Shown: positions 62,303 through 64,000 of the stretch, in pieces
Position numbering within the stretch: position 1 is the first letter of the stretch
How the letters are laid out: the number at the start of each line of letters is the position of its first letter
DNA from: Guillardia theta CCMP2712
Lineage: Eukaryota; Protista; Cryptophyta
Length of the DNA: 64,000 nt
Reading direction: 5' to 3'
NCBI RefSeq assembly: GCF_000315625.1
Contig: NW_005434632.1
Span: 219,901 to 283,900 of the forward strand
Program-made: the position numbers and the translations under genes
The notes under the pieces: generated by a model
What the model was told of the DNA's origin: nothing
The model's input: only the letters and a program-made list of their open reading frames with translations
Databases searched by the model: none

Positions 62303-63803
62303 TAGCAAGAGAAGGTCCGTGGCTGGTTTCCTGCCGGGTTCTGCTTGACCGCTGATGCAACTTCGCGAGGAAGCAGAGGTTGTCTGCATTTGAGCGGGGT
62401 AGAATCATCGAGTCATAATAAACCAAGTCCAACTCTGATCGGCAACAAAGCGATTCCTCATAAAACCTGAAAAAGGTAACGGCATGTGTTGTCACACCCC
62501 GAGGCTTTACAGGATGAACCTTCAGCGTAGCTCAACAACAGCTTGCGCTGGAATTTCTCTACTAAGAAGAAAGCAGTCTGACAGAAAGAGACCTATCTCT
62601 CTTTATTCTGACACAACGAACAAAACAAACACAACAAGCCAACACGCACTGGCGAGGCAGAAACAGACGTGGCACACACACGAAAGGGGAAGATCACCAG
62701 CTAGTACTGACTAGGATGACCCTTTAATAGTTTCGAAGGAGACAGAAGTACCGTCTCTTGGCGGCTGAGGGAAGTAGGGGTGTTCTGTCCTTGGAAGTTG
62801 ACAAGCTTCTCTCTTTAGATGTTGAACATTCCTTCAGCACTTCGCAGGCCAGCAAGGCTGCTTCCAACGGGTTGAACTCCACAACTTACGGTTAGATTCA
62901 TCCCGGTGTCCAGTTCCGCTTGTTACTTAGTAAGCAACCACGGGTACACCGTCACTGTTCCTCAGCGGCAACAAAGACCTCCAGAGGGGTCCTTTTCAGC
63001 AGATTCACACAGAAGTAGAGTATCCAGGTTTATCCTCACAGGAGAAGTGATTTTCGAACACGGCCGCTGAGTGGACCCCCGAGTCCGATCACTGTCACTG
63101 GGCCACGGTCGGAGTACGGTCCGATCACGGGCCCGGGCCCGGGGGCCCGGGCCGGGCCCGGCGGCGTTACTAGTTAGTATTTTGAGGCGGCCCATCACGA
63201 AGGTTACGATAGTTGGAGAGGGGGTAGGGTAATAAGAAAGAGCGGATCTAAGCTTGAAAAAAGTGGGTACACGATGGGAATGTTTGGGGTGGTACATTGT
63301 GGGGTGGGGTTAAATGTTGAGGGGTCGGGAAGAGAGGGGAGAAAATGCTGCAGAAGGGAAAAGCAGGAGTTAGGCAGCAGGAAGAGCAAGGGAGGGATGA
63401 TGGAGGAGGAAAAGGAGAGAGAATGGGTGGATTCTAGGTGATTTCTGGTAGAGAGAGTAGGATGCTGTGTAAGTAGCAAGGAAGGGGAGGACTTGATGTC
63501 GATTCCTGTAGGAGGGAGGGATACCTGTCCCTACCTTGAACCAGACTTCAGTTTTTGTCCCCTTCGACTGTATGCGATTGACGGACAAGGAGGGTGAAGT
63601 AGTCGTCCACTCAATATGTACCGAGAGGCGAAAAGTACTCTTTGAGGGACGGTGGTTGTGGGCAGCATTAGCAAGAATTGTACTAGAGGAGCATTGGTAG
63701 CGCTCTATCGCAAGGAACTTTGCTGACATCTGCCTTTGCCTTTCTATTCTACAGCCTTTGCCGGGCGTTCTGCTTTAGCCTGCTTTCATGATCTTCTTGT
63801 GAA

Positions 63804-64000
63804 ATGGACATCGATGGCCAAAGTTCGCTTTACGCTGACAACTGCAGCCAAATCTGGGAAGTGATCCGGGCAGGGCAACTATCGGCCCTGACTGACAGCG
63901 GTGCGTCTGCGATCCGACACTGGGAAGGGCTTGTGTGCTGACATCAAGGATGTGACGGCAGATGACCTCTACCCGTACCTTCCTCTTCTTTCCCGGATCG
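63804..64000 (+). CDS. 5' end of a gene, weakly reminiscent of the Integrator subunit 2 N-terminus
   Basis: MDIDGQSSLYADNCSQIWEVIRAGQLSALTDS|DDLYPYLPLLSRI with one GT-AG intron; the family guess is from memory and weak. Confidence 0.4.

Noticed and set aside
62310-63050. Possible minus-strand gene
   Set aside because: Splice-like sites present but no coherent peptide or family

Overview
Eukaryotic nuclear DNA: gene-dense, many short GT-AG introns, purine/pyrimidine microsatellite introns and two 100-N scaffold gaps. The style resembles a cryptophyte alga such as Guillardia; this is an inference from composition and from an SQS|F bipartite plastid presequence. Most supplied ORFs are shadow frames or single exons, so gene models were rebuilt by reading splice sites by eye and boundaries are approximate. 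Genes seen: a giant secreted fibronectin-III protein running off the left edge; two divergent HTH/AT-hook-like paralogs flanking a ~1.4 kb inverted-repeat element with a decayed gene fragment; an MTAP/PNP-family phosphorylase; a FAM47-like protein; an ion-channel fragment beside a gap; an LSMT/SETD3-type SET methyltransferase with signal peptide and C-terminal DDEL; an ANTH clathrin-assembly protein; two more inverted paralog pairs; an intronless protein ending in a Hint-like domain; a plastid-targeted unknown; a syntaxin-17-like SNARE; an MRH-LamG-SEL1 membrane protein; a Rhesus-type ammonium transporter; a small GPI-like Cys-rich protein. Recurring themes are inverted duplications at several scales and paired intergenic islands (palindrome-rich GC block next to a GGGGT/ACCCC block). 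No rRNA, tRNA or CRISPR array was found.
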